DNA of 64,000 bases from Octopus bimaculoides. Lineage: Eukaryota. A program made the position numbers and the translations under genes. Shown piece by piece: positions 13,353 to 26,190 of this stretch (positions are counted from its first letter, which is position 1; each line of letters begins with the position of its first letter). Where the stretch lies: NCBI RefSeq assembly GCF_001194135.2, contig NC_068998.1, forward strand, positions 51,849,299 through 51,913,298. Direction: 5' to 3'. Below the pieces are notes generated by a model that saw nothing but the letters and a program-made list of their open reading frames with translations, made no database searches and was not told the origin of the DNA.

Positions 13353-15389
13353 CAACAATGGTGTTTCTAATTTGTACTAATTCTCCAAAAAATCTTCTGT
13401 GATATTTGTATTTTTATGATTCAGTCGATTGTTAAAACTTCTTTTCTCATATGAGAGAAATTAGATTATGATTTCATACTGACAGTAATATCAATATATC
13501 CCAATATATAACCTTGTTATTGTTCATAACAGGGTGGGAATTCTTTCTCTTGTGTTTCTAATATGATTAATAACTTTATTTCTTTCTAATTAGTAGAATA
13601 TAACTACTACAACCATAGGCACAGTTTGCTAATTACATTGATCAAACGATTTTCTTTATACTATTCAAGCATCTACTTTGTAATCTTGGTCTTACATATT
13701 TCTTTTCCCTGTGTAGAAATATTTAAATATGATGAAAAATATTCATATCACATGTGTAAAACTACCAGGTGTTTATACTTCTATTACAAAAATGTGCATG
13801 TACTCACATTTTCAGATCTTTTGTACTTTGAAAGCCTGAACTTATCACATAATGAATAACCAACTATGACCTTCTCTTTAACTATATTTCAAATTGATAA
13901 ACAATGTCACTTCTACTCCTCAGTTTTTTGTTGTTGTTGTTGTTTAGCTACAAAACTTTCTGTAGATCTTTTTTTAATACATTGTTTATATCAGTTTTTA
14001 AAATAGTAGTGTATGATTTGAAAAAGATTTAGCTACTATTGTTAGCATATGAAGCAGTCTCAGAGACTCCTTTGTAGTGTTAATAATAAGGTCATCCAGC
14101 TGTAAAAGAACTTACTCTGTATTCTTATGTCATCTTATTCTTCTTCTGGTTACAATCATTGGATTGTGGCCATACTGGGGCACTACTATCAAGGATTTTA
14201 GCTGTTCATGTTTATTCTAATTCTTATTTCAACCTGAGTACTTAATTATCTTTTTGGCAAAACACTGATTTCAACTGGTGGTGGTATGTCAAACACATAC
14301 ACACACACTCATGTGCACATGTTTATATTGAAAATCCAACCTTGTTCAAGTTTAATATTAGAGTATTTTCATATTCATTTTAGTCCTTTGTGTTTAGTTT
14401 GGAACAGTAACATTTTAAAGTCCATTTATATTTGAAGAACTTCTTGGCATCATTATCTAAATGAAATTATAGTAGTTGTGTGTTGATGCCACATATTACA
14501 AGAGGCAAGAATGTGGCATGGAATAATGTGTAATGGATGAAATTTCTATGCTTGATATGAAAAATCTCAGATGTAAAACTAAATGAAGTAAAATATTTTT
14601 TATCCACTGCTATACAACCCTGAAAAGATGCTGATAGTTTTGTGTAGACAGTGAGAACTCATTTGAAAATGACTCAAACTTTACTCATCACTGTAACATC
14701 AGTATTTCTTCGTTGCAGTAAATAATTATATTTAACGAAATAAACGTATTATTTCTAGAAATGCATTGCTGTAGGTCAGTATCTCCAGCAATCTTTTTAG
14801 CTGCTAGATCAGTACATAATTTCTTTGCATTCAGTATATTTACAATTTGTAACACATTATCAAAATTAAATTTCTCTTTCTTAAGTCTCAGCTATGGGAA
14901 ATAGGTTTTCTGATGCTGTTGGCATAACTAATCATGATTCAGCCATCCTTAAATTACATTTCTATTTCTTAGTTAAGCTCTTTATTCAAATATAATAGAT
15001 TTAATTTTGATGAAGATAAACATTCATTTAAATGTCTATGACCTCTAAATATTTTTTAACAAATCTGTGTCTTAAATATTCATATCTATCATAATTTTTC
15101 AGTGTTTTAAATTGAAAATTAAATTGTTTTTTGACACTTTTACAACATCCTCTTTTAATGCCCATGTTCCATGCTGACATGAGTTAAACTTCTTGTGTGG
15201 GTTGGATGAATATGCAAACTGAAATAGCTTCTGCAAAGGCTTAAATTCTGAGTCGAGCTGGTTCGGATAAATCACAAAAAACTGAGGCCATTTCTGGCAC
15301 ATGTGTCTTCATCTCTACCTTTGATAATATATAAACTGTTTGAACTAAAATAAAAGGGCATTTTGTCTTGGGTATCATACATTATGTCG

Positions 15390-15685
15390 TGTGCTGTGCC
15401 TCACACAACACATTTAAATTCAATACTGCATCTCACCTTCTACACTCTGCTTCACTTAATGTTCTTAAAACCACACCTTGTTGTGCACAACACATTCTGA
15501 CTTCAGAATTGCACCTCACTCATCTTAACTTCTCCACTGCACCTTACTTAATATGTTCATACACTCATGCCCTGCTGTGCATGAATGTTCTGACTTCAAC
15601 ACCACACCTCACACAATACATCTTGACTGCGTTAATACACCCCACTGCAACACTATATTTCGCATAGTTCATCTTGACTCCATTA
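15390..15685. repeat. Degenerate ~30-nt minisatellite (cactgcacctcacacaacacatcttgacttca-like)
   Basis: Recurring ctgcacctcac, cacaacacat and tctgacttca sub-motifs. Confidence 0.55.
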
Positions 15686-16255
15686 AATATTTTTATTGGG
15701 TGGTGAATTAGATTCTATATCATTTGTTATCTAATATACACTATATTCTTGATATTGCCTTCCACCACAGAAAAAAAAAAAAAAAATCTGAAATTTCTTA
15801 AATTTATTTTATTGTCAGAATTTCAACTTTTGGCAACAAATCAAGGAAAAAAATTGAATCATCAGTCTTCAAAACGTGTTCTGACTGTTCTATTGCACCC
15901 CAAATTACATGTCTTTGTGAACCAATGAGGGAGCCTCTATGTGGTTACTAAAAAAGAGTAGCAACCTCTCATCAACTTACACTATTTGTGATTGTAACAA
16001 AAGGAGACATAACACACCAGATGTGATGTAAATGCACTTGATAATAAAACCTGCTGAATGAAGACCAGTCTGAGGTTAAGCAACATCAACAACACATCTT
16101 GAATGCCACATTGCATACCTTGACTCAGACTCTGTTGACTCTGGATCTGAAAGCTCTCGTTTTGTATTAGAAATGTTTTTATTTGTTGTATAGAATGTGC
16201 TTCTGCCTTGCATTGTTTCAAAGTAGGTTCTTTTTTTTATATACTATTGTTGTAG

Positions 16256-16339
16256 GATATCGCAGTATCAACAGAACATCTTTGGGTGGAAACAAGTGCT
16301 TCAGGAGACAGCTGTTACGTAATGGATCCAGACTGTACA
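16256..16339 (+). CDS. DGKZ/DGKI-like: Type IV diacylglycerol kinase internal exon, N-terminal part of C1a domain (DIAVSTEHLWVETSASGDSCYVMDPDCT)
   Basis: Acceptor tattgttgtag|GAT and donor ACA|gtaagt; 84 nt, phase 0-0, stop-free. Matches human DGKZ [27 protein letters not shown] (recalled from memory). Confidence 0.93.
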
Positions 16340-16814
16340 GTAAGTATATTCGAGCATTTTTTTTTACTTTTAGTTTTTATTATGGTCATACTGGAGTACA
16401 ACCTTCAGTGGTTTAATCAGTTATATATAACACCCCCTCTCTTCTCTGTGCTTTGCTTGGTACTTGTTCCATTGACCTAAGAAAGAAGAAAGGAAAAGCT
16501 GAACTGGGTGAGATATGAACTCAGAAAGGGAAGTGTAGTAAGTGAATACCACAAAGTATTTTGTCTGATGCTCAGTTGATTCTGGCAATCCAATGACATT
16601 TCAATACACATTCAAATTTTTATATAAATGTTTGTGGAAAGATTTGAGCTTTTGTCTGAGGATGTTGGATTTCATGAAGAAGATAATGATGAACTATACA
16701 AAAAATAGTTGCAAGATGTTGTGATGGGAGGGACCCATCCAACCCAAGCCAGTATAGAAAACCAAGCATAAGTTATTTAATATTTTTATTGGGTGAGGCA
16801 TCAGAAACTTTACA

Positions 16815-17046
16815 TGCAGTGAGCTGGCAGAAACATAGGTACGCTGGGGCGAAATGCTTAGCATTATTTCATCTGCCTTTACGTTCTAAGTTCAAATTCT
16901 GCCGAGGTCGACTTTGCCTTTCATCCTTCTGGGGTTGATAAATTAAGTACCAGTTACGCACTGGGGTCGATATAATCGACTGAATCCCTTCGTCTGTCCT
17001 TGTTTGTCCCCTCTATGTTTAGCCCCTTGTGGGCAATAAAAAAATA
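16815..17046 (+). mobile_element. Full-length young tRNA-derived SINE (Deu/Nin-domain type) with 12-bp TSD
   Basis: gcagtgagctggcagaaac.. head, B-box-like agttcaaattc, gcctttcatcctt..gttgataaattaagtaccag core, CpGs retained. TSD agaaactttaca at 16803-16814 and 17047-17058. Confidence 0.92.
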
Positions 17047-17261
17047 AGAAACTTTACACTCTATGTGACACTTATTATATTCTGAAAATTTTGTTTTCCA
17101 CCACTACAAAAAAAAAATGTAATTTCTTAATTGTCTTTCGTTGTGAGGTATTTAAGTTTTAATTTCAAATTGAAGAAGAATTTGAAATATCAGTCTTCAA
17201 AGATGACAGCCAGTTGTTTTATTTATTTAATTAAAATCTATAATTATTTCCTTTTATTTAA

Positions 17262-17296
17262 TTACTTATTCAAATTACTTTTATCTACAGGTAAGT
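17262..17296 (+). other. Candidate recursive splice site (3' splice site abutting a consensus 5' splice site)
   Basis: ttacttattcaaattacttttatctacag|gtaagt, with AG at 17289-17290 and GTAAGT at 17291-17296. Upstream sequence is AT-rich and non-coding. Confidence 0.4.
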
Positions 17297-18006
17297 TTGT
17301 AACAGCTTTTAGGATTTGCTTGAAAACTTTTATACATATTACATATTACAGATGCAGTCAGGAGAAATTTACACAATAATTCAATTTGTATCACACCTTA
17401 GACCTGAAGGAAATGAATTCTTTTAATTTTTTTTTCTTTCTTTTAGATAATACTGTTAGAATTACCAGAATGTTAGAGATTCCATGTTCTACTAATGGAA
17501 CTAAATTGTTTTTACCTGTTGCCTAATTCTGCTTCTGATTTTACCTTCCATTTGGTTTGCATCTGCTGAAACATCACCTTTTATTATTATTATTAGCAGT
17601 AGTAGTAGTAGTATTCCAACAATATTACTTCAAACAATACTTATTCTCAATAGTTTTCATCATGGATATAAGCAAATAATTTATTATAAATAGCAACAGA
17701 AAGAAGCTATCTTTATTTAATCAAGTTGTTGAATCTACAAGTTAATGCCAATGTCGGAATTTAAATAAAATTGCTATAAATAAATCATCTTGATTTTAAG
17801 AGTATTGTAATTTGCTTAAAGCATTGCAGTGTGTGTAAAGGCTATAAATGTATTAGAAAATGACTTTCGGAAATGTAGGTAAGAAGTTAGGCAAAATATG
17901 TAAGGTGATGTCAATAAATAAAAACAGAGAAAATGTATTGTTACTTTGCATAGGTTGTTTAATAATCGTATAACATTTCGGGAACTGACACGGTCACTTT
18001 CTAGAG

Positions 18007-18204
18007 CAATGGTTCCCGACCTGTGGTCTACAGACTCCTAGTGGCCTGCAATAGTAGTACTGGTGGTCCATGAACTAAAATTTAAACTAACATGAGGAGT
18101 ACATTTTCATTGCACATCTTATGTGGTGTTCTCACTGCATAAATAAATGAAGTTTGTACGAAACACGTACTGCTATAACCTATTGAATTTTTGTCGCTTT
18201 TCTT

Positions 18205-18246
<42 letters not shown>

Positions 18247-18329
18247 AGGATAAGCATATTAAAAGGGTCCATGGGAAAACTCATTTAAATAAAAGGGGTC
18301 ATTAGTAGTAAAAAGGTTGGAAACCACTG
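18007..18329. mobile_element. hAT (Charlie-type) MITE
   Basis: TIRs caatggttcccgacc / ggttggaaaccactg; perfect 8-bp TSD ttctagag at 17999-18006 and 18330-18337. Confidence 0.92.
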
Positions 18330-18541
18330 TTCTAGAGTCTTTCAGTCTTGATATTTGGAGCATTGAGGATGTAATAGTTGGAAGTAGAAACGGCTGTACC
18401 AACAGTGTGCTGGTAACCTTTTTTCTCATCTGAATAGCTTGAACCAATATAAAATGAAGTGCCTTGTTCAAGCGCACCATGTGCCACCTGGTCCATGAAT
18501 CAAACCCACAACCTTACAATCATGAGGTCAACACATTAACC

Positions 18542-18726
18542 CAGTTCTGGGCAAACTAAGGCCAGCAGGATTCATGCAGTCTGTGGGACTTTCTGGATGA
18601 CATTCCTATGAAAAATTACTGTGAATTTCTTCGTTTTTATTATTTTATTTTATTACTAGTGTAGCTTGTTTGATGATGTGCTATGTCTCATGCAGCCCTC
18701 TTCTCAAAAATGGTTGCCCATCACTG
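18542..18726. mobile_element. Older hAT MITE nested in a minus-strand SINE (host about 18340-18755)
   Basis: TIRs cagttctgggcaaac / ggttgcccatcactg; imperfect 8-bp TSD cattaacc / ctctaacc. The SINE head resumes after the element. Confidence 0.65.
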
Positions 18727-19799
18727 CTCTAACCTTTGAAGTATGCACCTTCACTGTGCAAGCATATACATGCTTGTATTTACGTGCAAGCATATATCTG
18801 TATATTTATATATAGTATGTGTATTATGAGATAAAGTTTTTATAATTGGTTGTTATATTAGATGTTTCAGAGAATAAATGCTTTCTTCCAGAATGATATT
18901 CATGGAAAAAAAAAATAAAGAAATAAAAAAAAAAGATTTAAATCAGGCGCAGTTTAGTTTGTGTGAAAGAAAACACACAACTCTGATAACAAATCCTAAT
19001 ATATCTATATTCTTTCCATTTACATAAATTAGTTATTTGATAAGTTAGTTTATTTATTAGTTTTCATCGTTGTTTTGTGTGTGTGTGTGTGCACATGTAT
19101 GTGCACATGTATGTGTATGTCTTCATTTTGTTTGTTGTTCTGACTTAAGAAAGTGTTGAGTATTGTTGTTTGTCTAACGGCTCTACATAGCACAGCTGCA
19201 AACTCAAGGATTAATATTAGCATTTTCCTGATCATGTCCCTACTCATTTCAAATAGACAAAACTTCTCACATCCTGGTTGGCTTCAAAATTGATGTAAAT
19301 TTCGTGCCAACAGCTTTCCAATTTCTGCTTATTATTTATTTATACATCATTGTTATCTCTCCCATTCTTTGATGCCAGAGCAGCAAAATAAACTGGTAAC
19401 TATATACCAGGATTGAACTTCTTGTCTTCTCAGCTCTGGTCTTAACTATTAAAACACCACACTGCTAACTTCAAGATCTATTTTAATACATGTATTAATT
19501 CACAAAAGAAGCATTCTTTCATTCATTTGTTCATTCATTTAACATTGGCCTTACTTTTCTCATGTGATCATGGGTCAAATGCTGATGTATTTGAAACAGG
19601 ATTTTACAGCTGTTCCTGTCATCGTCCTCATTTTCCAGATAAGGTACACAGAAACATCATTCTCCTTTTCACTGAGGCAGAACCATGGGTTGTCAACATC
19701 CATCTCATTTATATGCACACATACACACGCACATACACATAAAACAAGAAGTGGCCATCACCTACAAATGTGCATAGAAAGGTAATATATTCCATGTTT

Positions 19800-20065
19800 T
19801 CATTGTTTTAGGTGCCTTTGTAGCCACCAATGGATAGAGACAACCTCTGCACACTCCCACTCTTTGATCTCAGTGGCACATTGACATTTCTGGAGAAAGA
19901 AAGAACTGCTTCAGTACTTGGCTAGTTTTTCATTCTTAGATGAGTAGATGGCAGCAACATGTAAAAAGTGGCTTGCTCAAGGATACATGTTGTCTGGTTC
20001 AGGAACTGAACCTGCAGCTTTATGATCAGCAACTGCACCTAAAAACTCTAGGTTACATGCCTTCA
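19800..20065 (-). mobile_element. Decayed tRNA-derived SINE
   Basis: cttgctcaagga..aggaactgaacc..ctctaggttacatgccttcac, similar to 18340-18755 and 60950-61060. Confidence 0.55.
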
Positions 20066-20214
20066 CTTACACACACACACACAAATGTTAAATTGCACTG
20101 AACAAATGTGGGAGGAGAGCTCAATACAGATTGTAGAATATTTTGTTTATTGATATACTGAATTTATCTTTCACAAGAAAAATTTCAGATTCAGAAAACT
20201 AGATGCGTGTCTGT

Positions 20215-20415
20215 GTGTGTATACACATACACATACATACACCCACCCACATATATACAATTGGCTTTATACAGCTTTCGTTTACCAGATTTGTTCACAA
20301 GACAATGATAAGCCCAAGGTTATAGTAAAAACCACTTGCCCTAGGTGTGATGCTGTGTGGCTGAACCTGAAGCCACGTAATTGTGAAACAAACTTCTTAA
20401 CCATGAAATAATTTC
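20215..20415 (-). mobile_element. Decayed CORE-type SINE
   Basis: accagatttgttcacaag..accacttgccctaggtg..aacttcttaacca. Confidence 0.7.
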
Positions 20416-23364
20416 AAATTATCTTGATGATCACAATTACCATTTAAGTCAAATGTTTTGTTTTATTTTTACTCAAAATCTTTGTTTGTGACATTTCCCT
20501 TTTCCCGTTTCCAGTGACTCTCTTGTATCTTGGCTGAGAGAAGATAATAAAAAAGTTATTTAAACTAAGAGACATTCTCTGCAAATATTTTTGTGTTGGT
20601 TCAACTAGTGAAATGATACACACAGCTATATAAACATAATTTCACATTTCATTTAGTTTTCTTAAAATAACAGGAAGTATACATGACAAAATTTGGCTGA
20701 CATTCAGAGATATTCATCAATACTTTCAATAAATATTGACTTTCCAGTTCTTTTTGATGCTTAGAAGATCAAAAATGTCCTTTTTATTCTAGTTTACAAA
20801 TGTATGTTTTCTATCTCGCCACAGCATATATTAATTTTTGTAAATAACATTAAAGAAAATATGATTACAAGAATTTCAGCTGATCTTATCAATAGATTCT
20901 ATAGACTTGATTTTTTGATCCTGGCTAGGTGAAACCATGATTTAATATTCATAATATATCTTCGGTAATTTATTAGCCATGTAAACTGAAAGTTTGTCTT
21001 TGTTATTAGCTTTGAATATGTTTTGTGTCCAAAATAAAAGAGATCTCTTACTGTCAGTACATTTATTTAAGTAATTTAACTTGGCAGTTCTTGACCAGAT
21101 ACCTTTTTCTATTTAGGCTGCAACAGGTGAATATTGTCTGCTTATCTAATTACTGTTGATAGCTGTAACACTAGTAGTGCAAAGATTTTAATTACACATG
21201 ACTCAATCAGTACATTTATGCACTTGGTAGTAATTAAGACATTTTACTAAATGCATAATTGTTATGAATTATTACAGAAAAATACTTAGAGTGAATGTAA
21301 ATCAAAAGGAATTGATAACGATCCAACAGGACTTGGCTGACATTTTCGGTTATACAATTATATCTTTATGTAAAAATAAAATATTTATTTTATTTACACT
21401 TGCTTTAGAAAATGAAATATTAACCATGTTTTTTTTGAGCATTTTAAGCATTTAGGTTTTTTTTAATAGTCACAGTAAAATTATGTTATTCTTAGAAATT
21501 TAGTTATGATAAGGTTTAGAATTGAATTGCCCATTAAAAGTAAAACAAAAGGAAACTTGAGAAATTCAGAGTAGCAGCATATCATATTTGGTTTCTTGTC
21601 TGGTTTTATATAATCAATGTATTTAACAATGGACATTAATTATTGTTATTGTTATTTGCTTTCACATCTTTGTCAGTCTGGGTTGAACATACTTATGATA
21701 AAAGGCCTTCTTTCTTTGACCATCCCAACTGTTATTTGAACATAATTATATCCAGGGCTTCATTATCCATTTTTTTGTTTGTTTGTTTAATTCTTTTAAG
21801 TGATAGTGTGTAATTTGAAAGAGATTTCATAACTATTTCTGGAATTTCTAAAGGCTCACTTTCTGGATCAAATGCAAGGAAAAAATGAACATTAAAACCA
21901 CCGACGATACTTCTGTGAAATTTGTGTTAAAGACGTCTTCCAAGTATTTCGAATTAAAGTAACAGAAGTTTATCAAAGAAACTCTGATGATTATGTAACA
22001 ACCAGCTCTGACAATGAAAGAAATGGAACCTCACTGGATGTTACAAACGGTTAAAATTCTTGGAAAGGGGACCAAATCTTATACACATAAAGCAAACGGA
22101 CAATGGAATTTATATGTGGTCTCTCAACCTGCTAAAAATAGTAGCTAAATTGCTCTTAATTCATATTCTGCTGTTTTAGAACAAAACGACCTGTTGGACT
22201 GTGTTATCCTGGACATGAAAAAAAAAAAGGTATTCCACAGATGGATCAAACCCAGAACTACATACTTTTCAAAGTCAGATTCTTAACCTCATGGTTATTT
22301 CTGCAGCTATATTTTATAAATATGGAAATCTAAATCCCATGTGTAAAGAGGCAGTAAAGTTCTAAGAGGAAATAAAAATGCCAATAGAACACACCAGTTA
22401 AAACGAACAGCAGAAAGAAACAGAAAAATAATTTAGAAATATCAGGAGAGAAAAAACAGATATATGATAAGCAATTGCGGTTAACCAGCTCCAAGTTGAA
22501 AATTGAAACTGAGATATTGATAACATGCAGCACATCAAGCTCAGTATCTTTTAACAAGACAGCTATGAAAATTGTTCTAAAGAAGGAAATAGAAAATACA
22601 TTCAGTATTAGAATACTTACTTACTTACTAGATGCTGTGTCCTAGCCAAGACTAAGTACATTTTACAGATACAAGAGAAAACCCAATAGAAAATCCTACA
22701 ATGTTACTAAAACAAAACAACCTTAAATTGATGATGTGAGTAGCTGTGTGAAGGAGTATGTAGATGCAAACAACAAAATAAACACTTGGCTATGCCTCAT
22801 CTGAAAGAACAGAAGTAAAATGAAATGTACTTTTAGATAGACTACATATGAAAGGCAGATAATATACTACTGTGTAGAATCAATTGTTATACATCATCCT
22901 CCCACACAGGCAGAAATATGAGCAAGGATTCTTAAAAAATGCTAATACTCAATCTAATTTGATATAGCAAATACAAGAATTAAATGCTAATGATAATGAT
23001 TTTGGTGATAATAATAATAATGATTATTTTTATTATTGGTATAATAAAATAATCTTTTCTGAATTAGTCACAAGGGCTCAAAGAGATACAAAAAATAATT
23101 TATAATTAAAAACAACCCCATAGTTGGGGCAGGAAAAAAAAGTACCCAGTACTCACTGTAAAGTTGTTGAGATTAGGAAGGGCACAGCTGTAGAAACTAT
23201 GCCAAAGCAGACATTGTAGCTTAGCAAAGCCTTCTGGCTTTTTGGCTCTAGTTGAATTGTTCAACTCATGCCACCATGAACAACAGATATTAAATGATGA
23301 TGATGATGGTAATGACGATGATGATGATGGTAATGACAATACTTTAGTTTCTTGCCTTTTTGAT

Positions 23365-23515
23365 ATCATCATCATCATTGTTTAACGTCCGCTTTCCATG
23401 CTAGCATGGGTTGGATGATTTGACTGGGGACTGGCAAACCAGATGGCTGCATCAGGCTCCAATCTGATCTGGCAGAGTTTCTACAGCTGGATGCCCTTCC
23501 TAACGCCAACCATGC
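23365..23515 (-). mobile_element. Young SINE/LINE-tail repeat ending in (ATG)n
   Basis: catcatcatcattgtttaacgtccgctttccatgctagcatgggttgg..ggatgcccttcctaacgccaacc, CpGs retained. Confidence 0.85.
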
Positions 23516-24234
23516 AACATATTTTGTGAGAGAGCTAAGATGATATGTTATCTAATGTAAGATTTAAAAATATAGATGCTATATCTAACGAGTTGTATGA
23601 TTGTAGAGAAGGGGCAAATAACCTTCTTTTGTTCTAGGGTCAAATCACAAAGGCATATGAACCGATAGGGTGAATGTAGGATAATAAAAATAAGGAATAT
23701 TTAATTTTTTAAAATTCATTGACTTGCAATTTGTATAGAAATTACTGTTCTGGCTATAAGGGTGGGGGGGAAACTTTCCTTTTCAAATTTCTGGAGGGTG
23801 CTGGGGTTAATAGTATTTACTTACCACTTCCCCTCAAAACTGTTGGCCTCAGCAGACACTTTCATATTTGAATGCAAGCAAAATTTTGCCTATGAGCAAA
23901 GTGTACTCAATACCTGGGGAGTCATTCAGTTGTTGGCTCAGATGGTTATTAGTTAAAAATGCTGATATTGCACAATACCATATATCAACATTAACAAACA
24001 GTTGTGCATAATTAAATATTGTTTGCATTAAATTTATAAACTGGCAACAACTAAAATATTATGAAACTTTCTGATCTAAGAATGATTTTTAAAACGTTTT
24101 AAGAAATGTCAAAATATTCAAAATTTTCCCATGTCATTTAAGTGTAGACTATAAAGTTGGTCTCGTAACTGAATGAGATATATAAAGGAGCATGCTTAAT
24201 GTCTTTTGAAAGGGGTTTACTTAATTAAGCACTA

Positions 24235-24320
24235 ATGCGTGTGTGTGTGTGTATGCATATGTATGTGTGTTTATGTATATGTATGTGTGTTTATGTATGT
24301 ATGAGTATGTGTATGTATAC

Positions 24321-24356
<36 letters not shown>

Positions 24357-24390
24357 GCATATGTGTGTATGCATATATGTTGTATGCTTG
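24235..24390. repeat. Compound (TG)n/(TATG)n microsatellite
   Basis: Read directly. Confidence 0.95.
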
Positions 24391-25622
24391 TATATTAAAC
24401 AGTGGTTTCAATATGTTCTATGTCATTATTTTTAATGAATTATAGAAAATTGCCAGGAGGCAAGTCACTGCTATTATTATCTATTGTGACATACGAAAGA
24501 CAACTGTTTTCTTTTAGATAAATGGAATATTGAAAGTGCATTAGTGCTGGTGTATTGTCAAAACCGTTTCTTGAATGTTCATTATGTTAAAACTATGAAC
24601 AGCATTAAATCGCCAGATGATTTATTGAGTACTTTCACCTGTATTGAGATATAAATTCAGTACATGAAACATTTCTTTGACAGTGACTATGGTAAAGTAA
24701 TCATGAACTGCTTGTAGAATATGCCAGCTGTCATATACCAATGTTAACATTTGGATGCACTGGCTGTTTCAGAAAATATTACACTGACAAAATATTCATA
24801 TCTTTACTCAAACATGCAAAAAAAAAAACAAAAAAAAGTGGTGTAGAGGGAGAGGAATCGTAATTAATGGGAAGTGTGTTGAGAATATACTAATACATCT
24901 TCTATAATTCAGTCAACAAACAGCAGACAATTTGAGCAAAACATGACCGCATTGTTATAGAAAGAATACTACTGTTTGTGGATGTCATACTTCCAACAAT
25001 TTATACAATAAGCAGTATGAGCTGAAGCCTGTGGTCTTTCCAACCATTTCAGTGGATCGTAAAGTAGCAAAGGTTTGTTCAGCAAGCAACAAAATTTTAT
25101 AGTTCAGGTGGCACAGTTGTTATTACATGATGGCTTTGTTTCAAAGTGGCTTTTAGGAACAGTCTCTTTGAAAGGTACATCCTTTGATTGCGTGTGTGTG
25201 GGCATCAGGTTTGAGGAGGTAAAACTTGGACAATGAAATTAGAGAAAAATGTAATAATTAGAAATGGAGGAGTTAAATTTGACAGAAAGAAAAATTGGTG
25301 CAAATAACAGGAAAGTGTATGGAACCAATGTAGAAGATATCTGAAATGACATAGAAATGTAATATGAATGAACTAAGTATACTAGAGTAATTTTTTAGGT
25401 GCTTAATAAGAAGGACAACACCTAGGATTTTTTGTTTTGTTTGTTTACTTGTTTTCTTTTCTCTTCTTGTGGAGCCTCTCTGACTTCTCAGAGAAGGGAA
25501 GAATAAGCCCCAAGTTACAGGTGATTACTGCTATAGCAAGCAGTGCACTTAGAGATTGTTATCTTGCACACACCAAAATGTTTACTGTTTGCCACCTTTA
25601 TATATAAGAACAACTGTTTTTA

Positions 25623-26190
25623 AAGGGTTGTAAAAAACTTTATGGTGTTTGTGGCAGATGATGTCTCAAGATGGTTCCAGAACATGGCACATGCATACTC
25701 TAACGTTTCCCTGAGATCTTTGAATTCCTCCTTGACCTTGGTCATCTGCTCAGCCTTGATGTTGCAAGCAAAGCAGTTGGTGTCTTTCTCAATCATGTCC
25801 CACACATATTAATTCATGGGATTAGAATCAGAAGAATTAAGAAGCTAGAAATTGGGGCTGGTGGAGTCATAGAAATTCTCCGGCACCTACTTCTGACTCT
25901 TTCTGGAGATATGGCAAGGAGTTCCTGTTGCCAAACAAATGGCCTTCCAGTAACAACCACCTCACCTCCAGCCAAAGTTTGACCCCAGTCTCCAACAGCT
26001 TCAAAGATGTGGAGTGGTATAACATCACCCTCACTGGAGACACACCCACACACCATCACAGTCTGAGAGAACTTGGTTTTCATGAAATGTGGGACTTGTC
26101 CATATCATATCTTACAGCCTTTGCAGAGTTCACAGAGCATTGAGCAGTGGTCATGGTATTGGCATTTTGATACCCGACACAATCATGATA
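25623..26190 (-). mobile_element. Tc1/mariner transposase relic (maT/DD37D-like)
   Basis: Frameshifted minus-strand fragments MKTKFSQTVMVCGCVSSEGD, PFVWQQE, NSSDSNPMN*YVWDMIEKDTN, KEEF..ETLEYACA. TA plus TIR-like aagggttgtaaaaaact at the left end. Confidence 0.82.

Noticed and set aside
1-16255. Search for the preceding DGK exon (KAI..K...DW[ST], ending in phase 0)
   Set aside because: No GAY-TGG-NNN|gt in a suitable context was found by eye; the exon probably lies upstream of the window.
17430-17530. Strong pyrimidine tract and ag|ATA acceptor
   Set aside because: Phase-0 frame stops after 9 codons, with no downstream donor and no DGK similarity.
21850-22053. Open frame NHRRYFCEICVKD... 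with CxxC and some CpGs
   Set aside because: No ATG, no good splice sites, no second zinc-binding pair and a stop just upstream.
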